The position numbers and the translations under genes are program-made. Under the pieces are notes generated by a model that was not told where the DNA came from, did no database searches, and saw only the letters and a list, made by a program, of their open reading frames with translations. This document shows, one piece after another, positions 13,086 through 23,938 of a stretch of DNA of 64,000 nucleotides. The DNA is from Pseudogymnoascus verrucosus (lineage: Eukaryota): the NCBI GenBank assembly GCA_001662655.1, contig KV460242.1. The stretch is one strand, 5' to 3'. The stretch's first letter is position 1, and each line of letters starts with the position of its first letter.

Positions 13086-13255
13086 CACTTAGTAGTAAAG
13101 GTGGCTACTAGTTACGGTAATAACAATGTATATCTTTTGTAGCCTTGCCCCGGCTCCCTTCCCTAATGCAGCGGACAAGCAGGTAGTGGCGGCTACCTAT
13201 CCGATGGCCCTAAACCAAGCTAGAGGCTGATTCCCAAATTGTAGCTGATGCCTAC

Positions 13256-13942
13256 CTAGCGGCTGATACTATTGCTGACCCGGTGCCCCATACTGTCCCT
13301 GATTCGGTGCTCCATACTGTCCCTGACCTGATGGCCTATACTGTCCCTGGTTCGGTGCCCNNNNNNNNNNNNNNNNNNNNNNNNNNNNNNNNNNNNNNNN
13401 NNNNNNNNNNNNNNNNNNNNNNNNNNNNNNNNNNNNNNNNNNNNNNNNNNNNNNNNNNNNNNNNNNNNNNNNNNNNNNNNNNNNNNNNNNNNNNNNNNNN
13501 NNNNNNNNNNNNNNNNNNNNNNNNNNNNNNNNNNNNNNNNNNNNNNCTGTCCCTGATTCGGTGCCCCATACTGTCCCTGACCTGATGGCCCATACTGTCC
13601 TTGATTCGGTGCCCCATACTGTCCCTGACCTGGTGGCCCTTGCTGTCCATAATGCTGCTGTGGCAGTGATCTATGTGTGCTTGAGATTGGTGGCGGCCCG
13701 CTGTACTGTGGCGGCGCGCTGTCCTGTCTTAAGTTTTGCTGCGCGTTCCTTTGATCCGTTGGGTTTTGACGTCCATACAGTAATTGCTGCGCGGTATTAC
13801 CAAGCTGCAAAAGAAGCCCCCCACCACCTTTACCATCCATCTACAATCATCAGCATTCGCTCCTCTTAATCAATCGACAAGAGCTCACGGGTTTCCCACT
13901 GATTAAGCCCGCTCCCTTGCCTTGGGGTCCTTCGTCAGCCAT
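13256..13942 (-). CDS. Gln/Gly/Tyr/Pro-rich repeat protein spanning an assembly gap; 3' end possibly decayed
   Basis: Exon 13942-13889 (MADEGPQGKGAGLISGKP), GTGAGC..GCTGAT..TAG intron, exon from 13840 in frame, leading into GQYGAPNQ/GQYGPSGQ repeats. Confidence 0.55.
13283..13632 (-). repeat. Coding minisatellite of alternating 24 bp units (48 bp period)
   Basis: GGACAGTATGGGGCACCGAATCAG / GGACAGTATGGGCCATCAGGTCAG on both sides of the N run. Confidence 0.9.
13361..13546. other. Assembly gap (186 N)
   Basis: N run inside the tandem repeat. Confidence 1.
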
Positions 13943-14745
13943 CGTTTAAGCGTGCACTTCTATTTCTGAGGTGATACGTGGTAGGTTGTGTTATGCGCTC
14001 GCGTCGATATAATCAGTTCCTCGCAGATTCGTTCGTAGGTACGTGAGTTATCCGCCTTTAGAGTCCTGTGTCTCGAATTTTCAATGTGTGTAAAAGGTTA
14101 TTAGAAGGAACTGGGAGATCTTAATATTCCTAAGTTTGACTTAGCTGGATTTGAACTGGAGGAGGCGGGTTGGGTTAGGTTGGGTTGCGATGGAGCAGTG
14201 TTTGGGGCCATTTGTAAGTGGCAGTGGATCAGTGATGCGCGGCCCCTCAAAATAAGGGCGAATCATTGATCAGCACGGGCCACACAGCGGGCTGCCTGTG
14301 ATCGCTTATTTCGTTAGGTTTCATTGAAGAGTCACGTGAAAACAGCAAAAGCAGGCACGTGGTTGCTCATGAAAGTACTGAAAGTTCAGCTTCGCGTCAG
14401 TACATACAATGACGCACGGTGAAGGATATTTGGAAGAGGAGGACGAATACACCTGAGGGCAATCCTGAATGAGGCAAAACTAGTCATAAAGGCAATTAGA
14501 CTTATGGAACAGACGCGCCTCCTTGGGCAGTTTTGGAGTTGCGATGCAGAGAAAAGAGACGAAGTGGAGTACTGGGGGATAAGATTTGTATATGGGTGGC
14601 AAGTGTGTGGCAATATTGTTATATAGGGTAGTTTTGGCGGAGAAGTGCAATGGCGAAGTCAGAGAGGGATGGATATGACATCCGGGATGGGGTGGGAGAT
14701 TTAAGGGCGAAATTCAAAATTTATAATTTTAATACGACCTAGCAG

Positions 14746-15568
14746 ATGGCCCTGCAGCTCCTGCGCTCTGGACTTGGGGAGGATCCTCGTCGCTCCCGCG
14801 CCCTCGCTGCCCTCCTCACCCTCCCCGACGCCCGCCACTTGGAGTTTCGTGCCCTTGTCCCTAGCGACCCGCCGAACCTCTCGAGGATGCAGAACCTCGA
14901 GGCGGCGGTTGGGTATACGGTCGGCGAGCTTGTCCAGCCGCCATGTACTGACTGCGCGGCTGGATACGGCCAGTTTGCGGGTGCGTCCGGGTGGAGGGAT
15001 TCCTCATGGGAGCTGCACGAACTGCCACTTCGGTGGCGAAGGCGCGCGCTGCTCGCTGCGCGGTAAGTTTTCTCTCTCCCCTCTTGTTTTTGTTTCTGTA
15101 CTCATTTCGATGGAACAGCTTCTGCGGCCCCCTCCGCGCCCGTTACAGGCAGTCCTTCGGGACTTTCAGGTAAATGCCCTCCCTCCCTTATTGTTTGTAC
15201 TCCGTAACTAACTTTTAGAAGGTCTGCGTGCCCGCCGCCCTGCTGCGGCGGCCGCATCATGCGCCGTCGAGGTGCTTACGGGTGGGGTGGGCCGTGGGTC
15301 GAAGCGGGCTGCCCCCCCGTCGAAAGATACGGGCCCGTCCCGCCGCGCCCGCACGTTGTCGCCTGCTCGCGCTGCTGCTGCCCGCGCCCCTCCCTCCCGC
15401 CGCCCTGACGACCCCTACTATGTTGGGAATGAGGATCACCCAACCCATACCCTCCATGCGTGGATCGAGCGTTTCCGGGCCGCAAGCCCGGCCTCCCGTA
15501 GGAGGCTCCGCCTAGGGCACACCCTTGCTGGGGTGATAGTTCCTATAGTTCCTTATAGTCCCCTTTAG
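14746..15568 (+). pseudogene. DUF3716-like Cys-rich protein gene with two frameshifts
   Basis: Across three frames: PCTDCAAGYGQFAG/CVRVEGFLMG/SCTNCHFGGEGARCSLR then GTAAGT donor; GC-rich patch running into RIP-like AT-rich DNA. Confidence 0.55.
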
Positions 15569-15569
15569 C

Positions 15570-18260
15570 ATAATACCTCTATATAAGTAGGTAGTTAGTT
15601 CTTAGATAGGAGCTTTATACTTAACTTAATATAGTATTTGTTATATACTAGTAATGTGTTTTATAAAAGCCTTTATGTCTAATCCCCTACCTCCTCTATT
15701 AAGTTAACTAATATAACAAAACCTCTATAAGTCTTATAGTTTAAGACCTAGTGTTATAGAAAGCTACTTAAAATGCTCTAAAATCCTATATATATAGACT
15801 AAATTATAGTAAAAGCTTATTATAATTAAGGGTATCTAAATACTTAGTTATTAATAGGTGTTTAAAGAGCTCTATTTAGATTTTAAAGGAATTAGCCTTA
15901 ACGTACATGTATAGCGAATGTGCAAAACAAGCGAATGTGCAAAAATATCGCAACTACCCTATATGAATTGTGATAAATCTACCACAACACTAGAAATCAA
16001 TTAAAACTACTCGGAGACCTCTTCCTTAGACGTGTCTATTTCAATCTAACAAGTGCGCGCATTATGCTTAGTCCCACTACATTTTCTACAGCGACGAGCA
16101 CAGGTTTCTTCCCTCGGCTTACAACCACCACTTGCCCTTATTTCCTGCTCTACTTACTGCACAACGTCCCTCTCATCCTGTAGATCCTACGCTTCCTGTT
16201 GACTAAGTGATCCTCCTTGCCGTAGGCGTGTTTTTTTTGCCCTCTAGCGCTTGCTTAGTACTTCATTTGCCTGTCGTAGGTTTTGGTTCTCTGCCTTTAA
16301 TAATGCTAATTAATGCATTATTTACGATGCGCCCTTTGTAAACTAGTTAATAGCTACATAGATTAAGGTTAGAGAGCTATTTTAATAGCGTAAAATCTAA
16401 GTTTTAATAAATGTAGACTGTAACATAGCTTTAATTAGGTTGTTTAGCGTCTAGGAAACCTAAGGTTAAGCAGTACTAAGGCGGGAGCTTAGAGGTGTTA
16501 GTGTCTTTAACTTAAGATTAAGTGTAGAGATCACTCTATTTAGGTTGAATAGAAGAAGTCTAACACCTTAGAAGCCTCCTTAAATGTTACTTTCTATCAT
16601 TGCAATGTTAAATGCAGTGTAGAAGGTAGGAAAGAAGTCATCCTTAGTAATGTAAGAAATATAAGCTCGCATTATATCTTCAATTTGCTGACCGTAAGCC
16701 TTTTTTAAAGGGCCAAAACAGCTAATATCAAGTGGTTAGAGTATATAGGAAGAATGAGCAGGCATACAAAGCGTAATAATGTTGTGTTCCTTACAGTACT
16801 CCTTAAACTCATCTGAGTAGTAGCTCTTATAACCATTAAGGACTAAGAGGCAATAACCACTAACACTCTAGGGCTTTATATGCTTCTCGAAATGCTAAAT
16901 CTAATCTATGCCTCTCTCGTTTGTAGTCTAGCCATTTTCTATAACAGCAATTACCCAATCGCTTAGAAATCTACTATTCTTATACTAAGATGTAAGGTAG
17001 TTTTTGCTAGCAACAATAATGAATGGCAGTACTACTTAGCCTTAAGAACTAACGCCTTAGATTACTATAACCTATTCCTGATTGCTAGGCTACACCTTCT
17101 TTGCTTGTGTACGCCTATCTAAGCTTGTTACAACTATAGCAGTTGAGATAACGCCCATTATAAACCTAGTCTCATCAAAGTTGTAGATATCTACATCGTT
17201 GATTCTATACTTTACAATTGTGTTCTGTACAAGCTTAAACTAACTATAGATAACTTCTAGGTCCTTACACTTAGCCCTCTAGTAGTCGTATTTGCACTAG
17301 AAGCGTGTCTAGAGCTCTGTGTAGCGCTTCACAAAGTTTAAAGCCTAACGCGACCTGACGCGTAGCGCGTTGCGTGTTGCAAGTAGTCGATTTGCTATAT
17401 CTTCAACAATAGACATCCGCAGAGGAAATCCTTTAGCAGCTAGGTTAAGTATGTGTTAAACAAGGACTGATTCCTCTAGGTTTGACAATTTTCGTGAATT
17501 GGCTATAATATCACGTCGTAGTTGCATACCATGTAGACGGCGAGCAAGCTTATAGTGGTCTACAGAATAGGTCTTAGCTATAGCGTAAAGGCGTAGCGTA
17601 GGGTCTCTTTAAATAGCTTGGATAGCTAAGGTCAACTCTCTCTCGTCATTTTTAAAAGGCATGTTATGTTGTGGTGGAATTATCGAGTTTAGTTAGGGGG
17701 TAGGGTGGTTGCGATATTTTTGCACATTCGCTTGTTTTGCACATTCGCTATACATGTACGTTATAGTTATTAAGATACTAAGTTTTAGCCCCTCCTTTAG
17801 GTCCTAATTGTAATATCTTAATAAATGTAAGACTAATTGCTTTAAAACTTAGAGAAGTTACTTAAAATGTCTATAAAAGGCTAAATATACATTTTTATAG
17901 TTTATTATTAAATAGTTGTTAAGATACTTAGTTATAGAGTTTCTGATTTTAGGTGTAAAATAGGATAGGCTACTCACTTAGGTAGGCTACTTACATGTGA
18001 AATACGTTACTAACTTATATAATGACGTTATATAACATAGTACTCCCTAGTTACTAAATGGCTAAAAATGATTTTTTAGCATTATAGTAAGGCTTAGGAA
18101 CCTAGATTAAAGTGTTATATAAGTTTAAAAGGTGTAAAGAGATCGTAGTAATGCTATAGGTTAAGGGGCTCTATTATGCTTTAAATTAACGCACTCTGTA
18201 ATTAGGCATAATAGTAACAAAGTAATTGTAACTTTTATAGTAGCTGTAGTTTAGACTGTT
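15570..18260. mobile_element. Heavily RIP-degraded repeat DNA hosting the 15901-17761 insertion; Fot1-like terminus at ~17960-18007
   Basis: Very AT/TpA-rich, no ORFs; doubled TAGGCTACT subrepeat followed by ...TGTGAAATACGT|TA. Confidence 0.6.
15901..17761 (-). mobile_element. Full-length Fot1/pogo (Tc1-mariner) DNA transposon, RIP-inactivated
   Basis: ~55 bp TIRs ACGTACATGTATAGCGAATGTGCAAAACAAGCGAATGTGCAAAAATATCGCAAC, TA at both flanks, 1861 bp; transposase relics (IYNFDET, DDFFPTF) with many in-frame stops. Confidence 0.95.
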
Positions 18261-18440
18261 CGGGAGTAGTCATACAACATAGCTAATACAAAAAAACTAG
18301 AATTTTCAATAGATTCATAAATTTATAATCAATTGTATTCAAAGTACTAATATTTGTCCTGTCACGGAGTGCGTCCCTCGATGCAGGGCTGCACGTTACC
18401 CTTCTGCTATTGCGCCAATTGTTGCAAGTGTACCTCGTGT

Positions 18441-19398
18441 CTACAGGCACTGGGAGTACCAAGGATTGGAATACTTACAGCTGCCAGATACACAGCATAG
18501 ACCACCGGTCCAGCCCGTGCCACCACATTGGCCGTAGAGCTGAGAGCAAGTGCCAGAGGAATGGGTCGAGGACGGGGCAGAAGATGTAGATGTGCTTGGC
18601 GTGCTTGGAGAGCTCGAAACTGAACCAGCTGCAGCCTCGGAGACGGTGATGCTGGCGGAACCAGAGCTGCCGAAGGCCTCCGTAGAGACGATCTGATAAG
18701 CGGCGCTGCTGAGCGGGTTGTGGGTCATGCCCTGAGACTGGTAGTAATTGTAGTGGTTTGCCGTTGTAACGGTGCCGCTGGAGCGCTTGTTCTGGCGGAC
18801 AGACCAGTTCTGGAGGTAGTTGTTGCCACGGTCGACCAGGCAGACTTGGTACTCGCTCCCATCGCTGTAAAGACTGCCCTTGCTCGTGCCATCAGAGCAC
18901 GGATTGTAGTTGCCGTAGTCCTCGAGAATCTATCCAGGGTCAGATTGCAGTCGCATATCAATGCGTCAGTCCGCAGAGAGGACCTACATAGTTCTCGCCT
19001 TGTCCTGACCAAGTGTATACAGCAAGGTAAAAGTTGCCTCCACAATTGATGGTACCAGAGAAGTTGATGGTCCTGGGCTGAGCCTGCGACCAGCCCTTAC
19101 CCGCGGTGAAATCACCAACATTCGACCAGGTCACGGAGTATGCGCCGGCAGCCCCGTTGGTGTAGGTGGTAGTGCCACTGGTGCCATCATCCCCTCAATG
19201 TTGGGTTAGCCAAATGATTTTTGAAGATTAAGGATTAATGCCGTCATTGCACATACAGAATTGGTAGTAGTAGCCGTTGTTCGTGCCTGATGAGTTGGGA
19301 CTATTGCGCTTGGCAAGCGCGGCGGGTGCTCCACCAGGGCCGGCGAGGACGCCAACCGCAACCACAGCAGCAACGAAAGCACTGGTGAAAGAGAACAT
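18441..19398 (-). CDS. Secreted GH11 endo-1,4-beta-xylanase with C-terminal CBM1 (exons 19398-19257, 19193-18988, 18929-18441)
   Basis: Signal peptide, [68 protein letters not shown]; Ser/Thr linker; [29 protein letters not shown]. Confidence 0.93.
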
Positions 19399-21437
19399 GA
19401 TGTCTGAATGAAGGTTTCGTCAAGAAACGATGCAGAGAAAGGAATTGTGTTTAAAGAAAAGTCTTGTGCTTGAAAGGCGTGAGAACGAAGCTGCTGAACT
19501 CATCTTATGAATCGTTTTTCGTGGTCGACTGTAATTACATAGCTAAAACAAACAAACAGCCTTTAATTTAAAATAATATATATTTTTTGTTTTTGAAACA
19601 GCCTAAAGGATCCTCCAGGGCAGGACGGTACCCAGTAGGGTTACTGACCGAAGATGGCTTAATAGAACTTAAAACCATAAAAGGAAATTTGCAAACTAGA
19701 AATGTTCTATCTCCAGTTTCTAAACTGCCCGAGCGACGTTCAAATAAAATTGAGTCGATTGCTCGAAACAATTCACAGCGCAATTTATCTCGCGGGAGGG
19801 GTTTCCGATAATGTCTCTGAGAGTTGTACCTCTGTAGTATCATAAAAGTCGATATGGATGTATATGTTGTTAACCCTCACAATGTAACACTAATAATATA
19901 ACCACCCACATGTTGAATGGAGTAGAGCATCTCGAATTGGAATGAGGCACATATATTGCCGGATCCGCTGCCGAAAATCGCGATGAGGACATATGTGCTG
20001 GTGGAGTTGATGCAATCCTCCGGAACATATGACACAGTTGCTGTGCGACTGTACTCACATTGCGAAGCTTTGCTAGCTGTGCCTCTCGACTATGCAAGTG
20101 CATAGGGACATGGGGAACTACAGAATTTGTTAATTGCGATGGCGGTGGATATTCCAACGAAGAGGTCACCAGACAACGCCGAGATTTGCTCCGTATATGT
20201 ATGAAGCTCTTAACAATGAGTTTAGCCACGTTTATTGTTTACTACTGTCTTTAATATAAAGCATAGGCACCAATCAGAATCGAATAATCAGAGCGGGGTA
20301 CATGTCAGAATCGAATAAGCTTTGTTCTTGATTCTGATCCTAGCGATTTTTAGTGCCTATTTATCACGGAGTGTCTTGACAATATCCGGTATTTCAAGTC
20401 TTAGATGAAAGGCAGGGATTTAGATAAATTAACCGCCCCTACACCTCTAGTGTTCAAGGCAGGGCTGGGGTATTAATAGGGAGGTTACATTTGCATGCGG
20501 GGTATCCAGGCTCCGATTCATCGCCCTTACTCTTAGTGTGCGTCACAGGGGACCGACCCCACCGGAGGACCGACCCTAGACTGGACTATAGTCTGGTCCG
20601 GTCCCAAACTTCGAAGCAGGGTTCGGCACGGGTAGGTATATACCCAGAGTATTCGGGTATATACCCGGGTATATACCTACCCCCTTTTTTTTTGAGAATT
20701 AGGTATTTCAAGTAGGTAGGTATGTACCAGGGTATATGCTAAGCCTTACTAAGCTTTCTGAATCCAACTTTATTTTACTCCTTCTAACCCCTTCGAGGGT
20801 ATATAGCACGTCGCAGTTCCACCAGAGTTGTAAAATGTAGGGATCTACTCTTGACCGCTTACTATTTACAGCTGGCGCTCGCGAATTCTGCCAGTCAGGT
20901 AATTTAACATTATTTGACGTGTTCTACTCAAAAAGGGTAGCTATGTGTTTTCCCTCTTGCAATTACTTGTGAAACTACAGTAAACGCATATTGAGTCTCT
21001 TGTCTTATAATTAGTAGCCTTGCTCCTACAACTAGCCACCCTATGGCTAAGCAGTCCAGCGCCACCTGCTGCACCCGATGGAGAAGCGGGGTACATGCCT
21101 GCTTCACTCTAATTTCTCCGTGAAGTCTGTCCATACCCGCGAGCGGTTAAATGGCCCCGAAGTTTCACTTAGCAATAAATGAGTCGAAATGCATAAGGTA
21201 CGATAGCGATTCACACGGATAGCGATGCCGATAATCCTTGCTTTAGGCTCGCTGAACTTGATTACTCCGAATGCTATGTGTCCTATATCTTCCATCCCTG
21301 AGTTATACCACCAGATGTCCGATATTCAGAATCTAGACTGTCCGCTGACTTTATAAATAGACGAGCGTCAGGCTTCAAGTTGTATAGTTGTCAACAGTGA
21401 CTGCTCTTTCTCAAGCTTTATTCAGTAATCTGCCACC

Positions 21438-22635
21438 ATGAAAGGTTTTGCTGCTGCATTGCTTACAGCACTGCCGCTTGTAACGGGGCAATCACAGCTA
21501 TGGGGTCAATGTAAGTCACCCACATCTTCCAACGGCGTGGCTGACGGTTTCAGGCGGTGGAAGTGGATGGACTGGGGCAACAACTTGTGCGTCTGGGTCG
21601 TGCTGCACCTTCTCTAATCCTTACTATTCGCAATGTCTTCCATGCGGAAGTGGGTCATCGTCAGCAACGACTTCGTCAAAACCTCCAGCCAGCACTGGAA
21701 GTGGAGGTTCAGCTGGCCCAACCGGCTGCCCTCTGCCATCGACATATCGCTGGAAATCGACCGGCTCTTTAGCAACCCCTAAATCTCCATGGGCTTCGCT
21801 CAAGGATTTCAGCACTGTCCCGATCAACGGCGAGCATCTCGTGTATGGATCAATAGTCTCTAATGGGAACTACGCCTCCATGGCATTTGGCCTTGTTTCC
21901 AGCTGGAGCGGGTTGGCCTCGGCCAGTCAGACCCAGATGACCAACAGTGCCGTTGCGCCCGATCTCTTCTACTTCGCGCCAAAGAATATCTGGGTTCTTG
22001 CACAGGAATGGGGAGCAGCTCCCTTCAACTACATGACATCAAGCGACCCTACCAATCCCAACGGATGGTCATCGGAAAAGCCCCTCTTCACCGGCAGCTT
22101 AGGTGGCGGCAGTAACCCCATTGATCCAGCTCTCATTGGCGATGACGAAAATATGTACCTGTTCTTTGCTGGTGACAACGGTCACATTTACCGGTCAAGC
22201 ATGCCTATCGGAAACTTCCCTTCCAGCTTTGGGACATCATACGAGACAATCCTAACCGACTCGACTTACAACTTGTTCGAAGCAGTTGAAGTCTACAGTG
22301 TCCAGGGCCAGAATCAGTATCTCATGATCGTCGAATGTATTGGCGCTAACGGACGTTATTTTCGCTCATTCACAGCGTCTAGTCTCGGCGGTACCTGGAC
22401 ACCGCAGTCAGGAGCCACAAGCGAGTCGTCTCCCTTCGCGGGCAAGGCCAACAGCGGCGCCACATGGACCAACGATATCAGCAGTGGCGATCTCGTCCGC
22501 GCCACGAACGATCAGACCAAGCCCATCAATGCTTGTAGCGGCAGCCTGCAATTACTTTACCAAGGACGCAACCCTAACAACAATCCGAGCTACAACCTGC
22601 TGCCTTACCAGCCTGGTGTGCTGACACTGCAATAA
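21438..22635 (+). CDS. Secreted GH62 alpha-L-arabinofuranosidase with N-terminal CBM1 (exons 21438-21510, 21554-22635)
   Basis: [95 protein letters not shown]. Confidence 0.95.
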
Positions 22636-23126
22636 GATACTTCAGCCCGAGTTCTTCATGTAAATACTATATGCCTAGCATGTAAATAGCAAGAGACACT
22701 GTTAATTTATGTAGCTGTCGACCAGACATGTATTTAATGCAGCGTCAGCTGTATTAAAAAAATTAGACAAGTTACTTTTCTCTCCATCTATTACTAGTGA
22801 AAGTGCTATAACGTCCCCCTCCCTTATCCCCTGAATCCTAATGCCCCTTAAATAATAATAATAGATTCACAGCTTATAATCTCAGTCGCGAGGTATGCCA
22901 CACTAGATTTAGTGCCCTCCTAATTGCGAAAGTTATATACATAGGCTCGATGCCTTTTAGGCCACTTCGCTATTCTTGCTTAACACTGGTTTCTCGTACA
23001 AGGTGTATAAGACAGATATCACACGGTACATCTTTATTTGTAAGGATGCAGGCTGTAGCTTTAAAGTTAGAGTTTACTATTCTAAGAAGCTAAGTCAAGC
23101 TGTAATCACAATACTAGGGCCCTATG

Positions 23127-23493
23127 TGTTAGGGACGATTGGGTAGGGAGTCATGACTCGCGACTACGTGGTGGTACGATCCAGTATCAGGCGTTGCGAG
23201 TCCGGGCTTAGGTCTTCGTTCCGAGCAGTTCGCACCATGAGCGGGCCGTGGTCTATGGGCGCTCGAACCGTGCATGTATAGAAGCCTAACTCATGTAGCA
23301 AATAGGATATTCTTGCGCAGAAGGTAGTTGCATTTAATAAAGTAGTCTCTGCCCCCTCTATAGAAGTGTGCAGACTCTACTATATACTGCGCGTGCCTCC
23401 TGAGTAGGGCCTTACTGCGTCGTGCCCATAGCCTGGACCCCAGCTATTCTGGAGTCCCGGCTCCGTGCCCAGAACTGGCCCTTCCACCCAACA
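23127..23493 (+). mobile_element. Possible solo LTR
   Basis: 367 bp starting TGTTAGGG and ending CCCAACA, internal AATAAA; flanks do not form a target-site duplication. Confidence 0.4.
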
Positions 23494-23938
23494 ATTGTAA
23501 TAGACAGTGCAATGGCAGATCAGAAATGACAGGAATAGCAGAGATTTTACAGAAGTAATAGGAAGGCGGCGTGGCAGCCCATTTATATTAATTTGAGTGG
23601 CACTTCCGTTAATTATCATTTGGGTAGCATTTTAGTCATTTACCATTTATTATATGAGGGTTGTACGGTTTGGATGTGCTTGACGCAAGGAGCGGGGGCT
23701 CAATTATGCCTCAGGGGCTAGTCTCGCCCACTTCTTCTCTTGTTGGCGACCTGATTTCAGACCATCATTAGTCTCCGCTTCTTGGACCTGTACCATTGCT
23801 CGGCGTTGGTTCTCAAATTCACCCATAGGCAGCGCGATGGACTGCTCTACACAAGCCTAGACTCTACGGGGTTGCGAAATTCCGTTTGTGTGCGTGCCCG
23901 GACCAGAAGAACAAGTAATAATTACGAAGACAGAAAAT

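Noticed and set aside
13283..13632. CRISPR-like array
   Set aside because: No unique spacers, eukaryotic context; it is a coding minisatellite.
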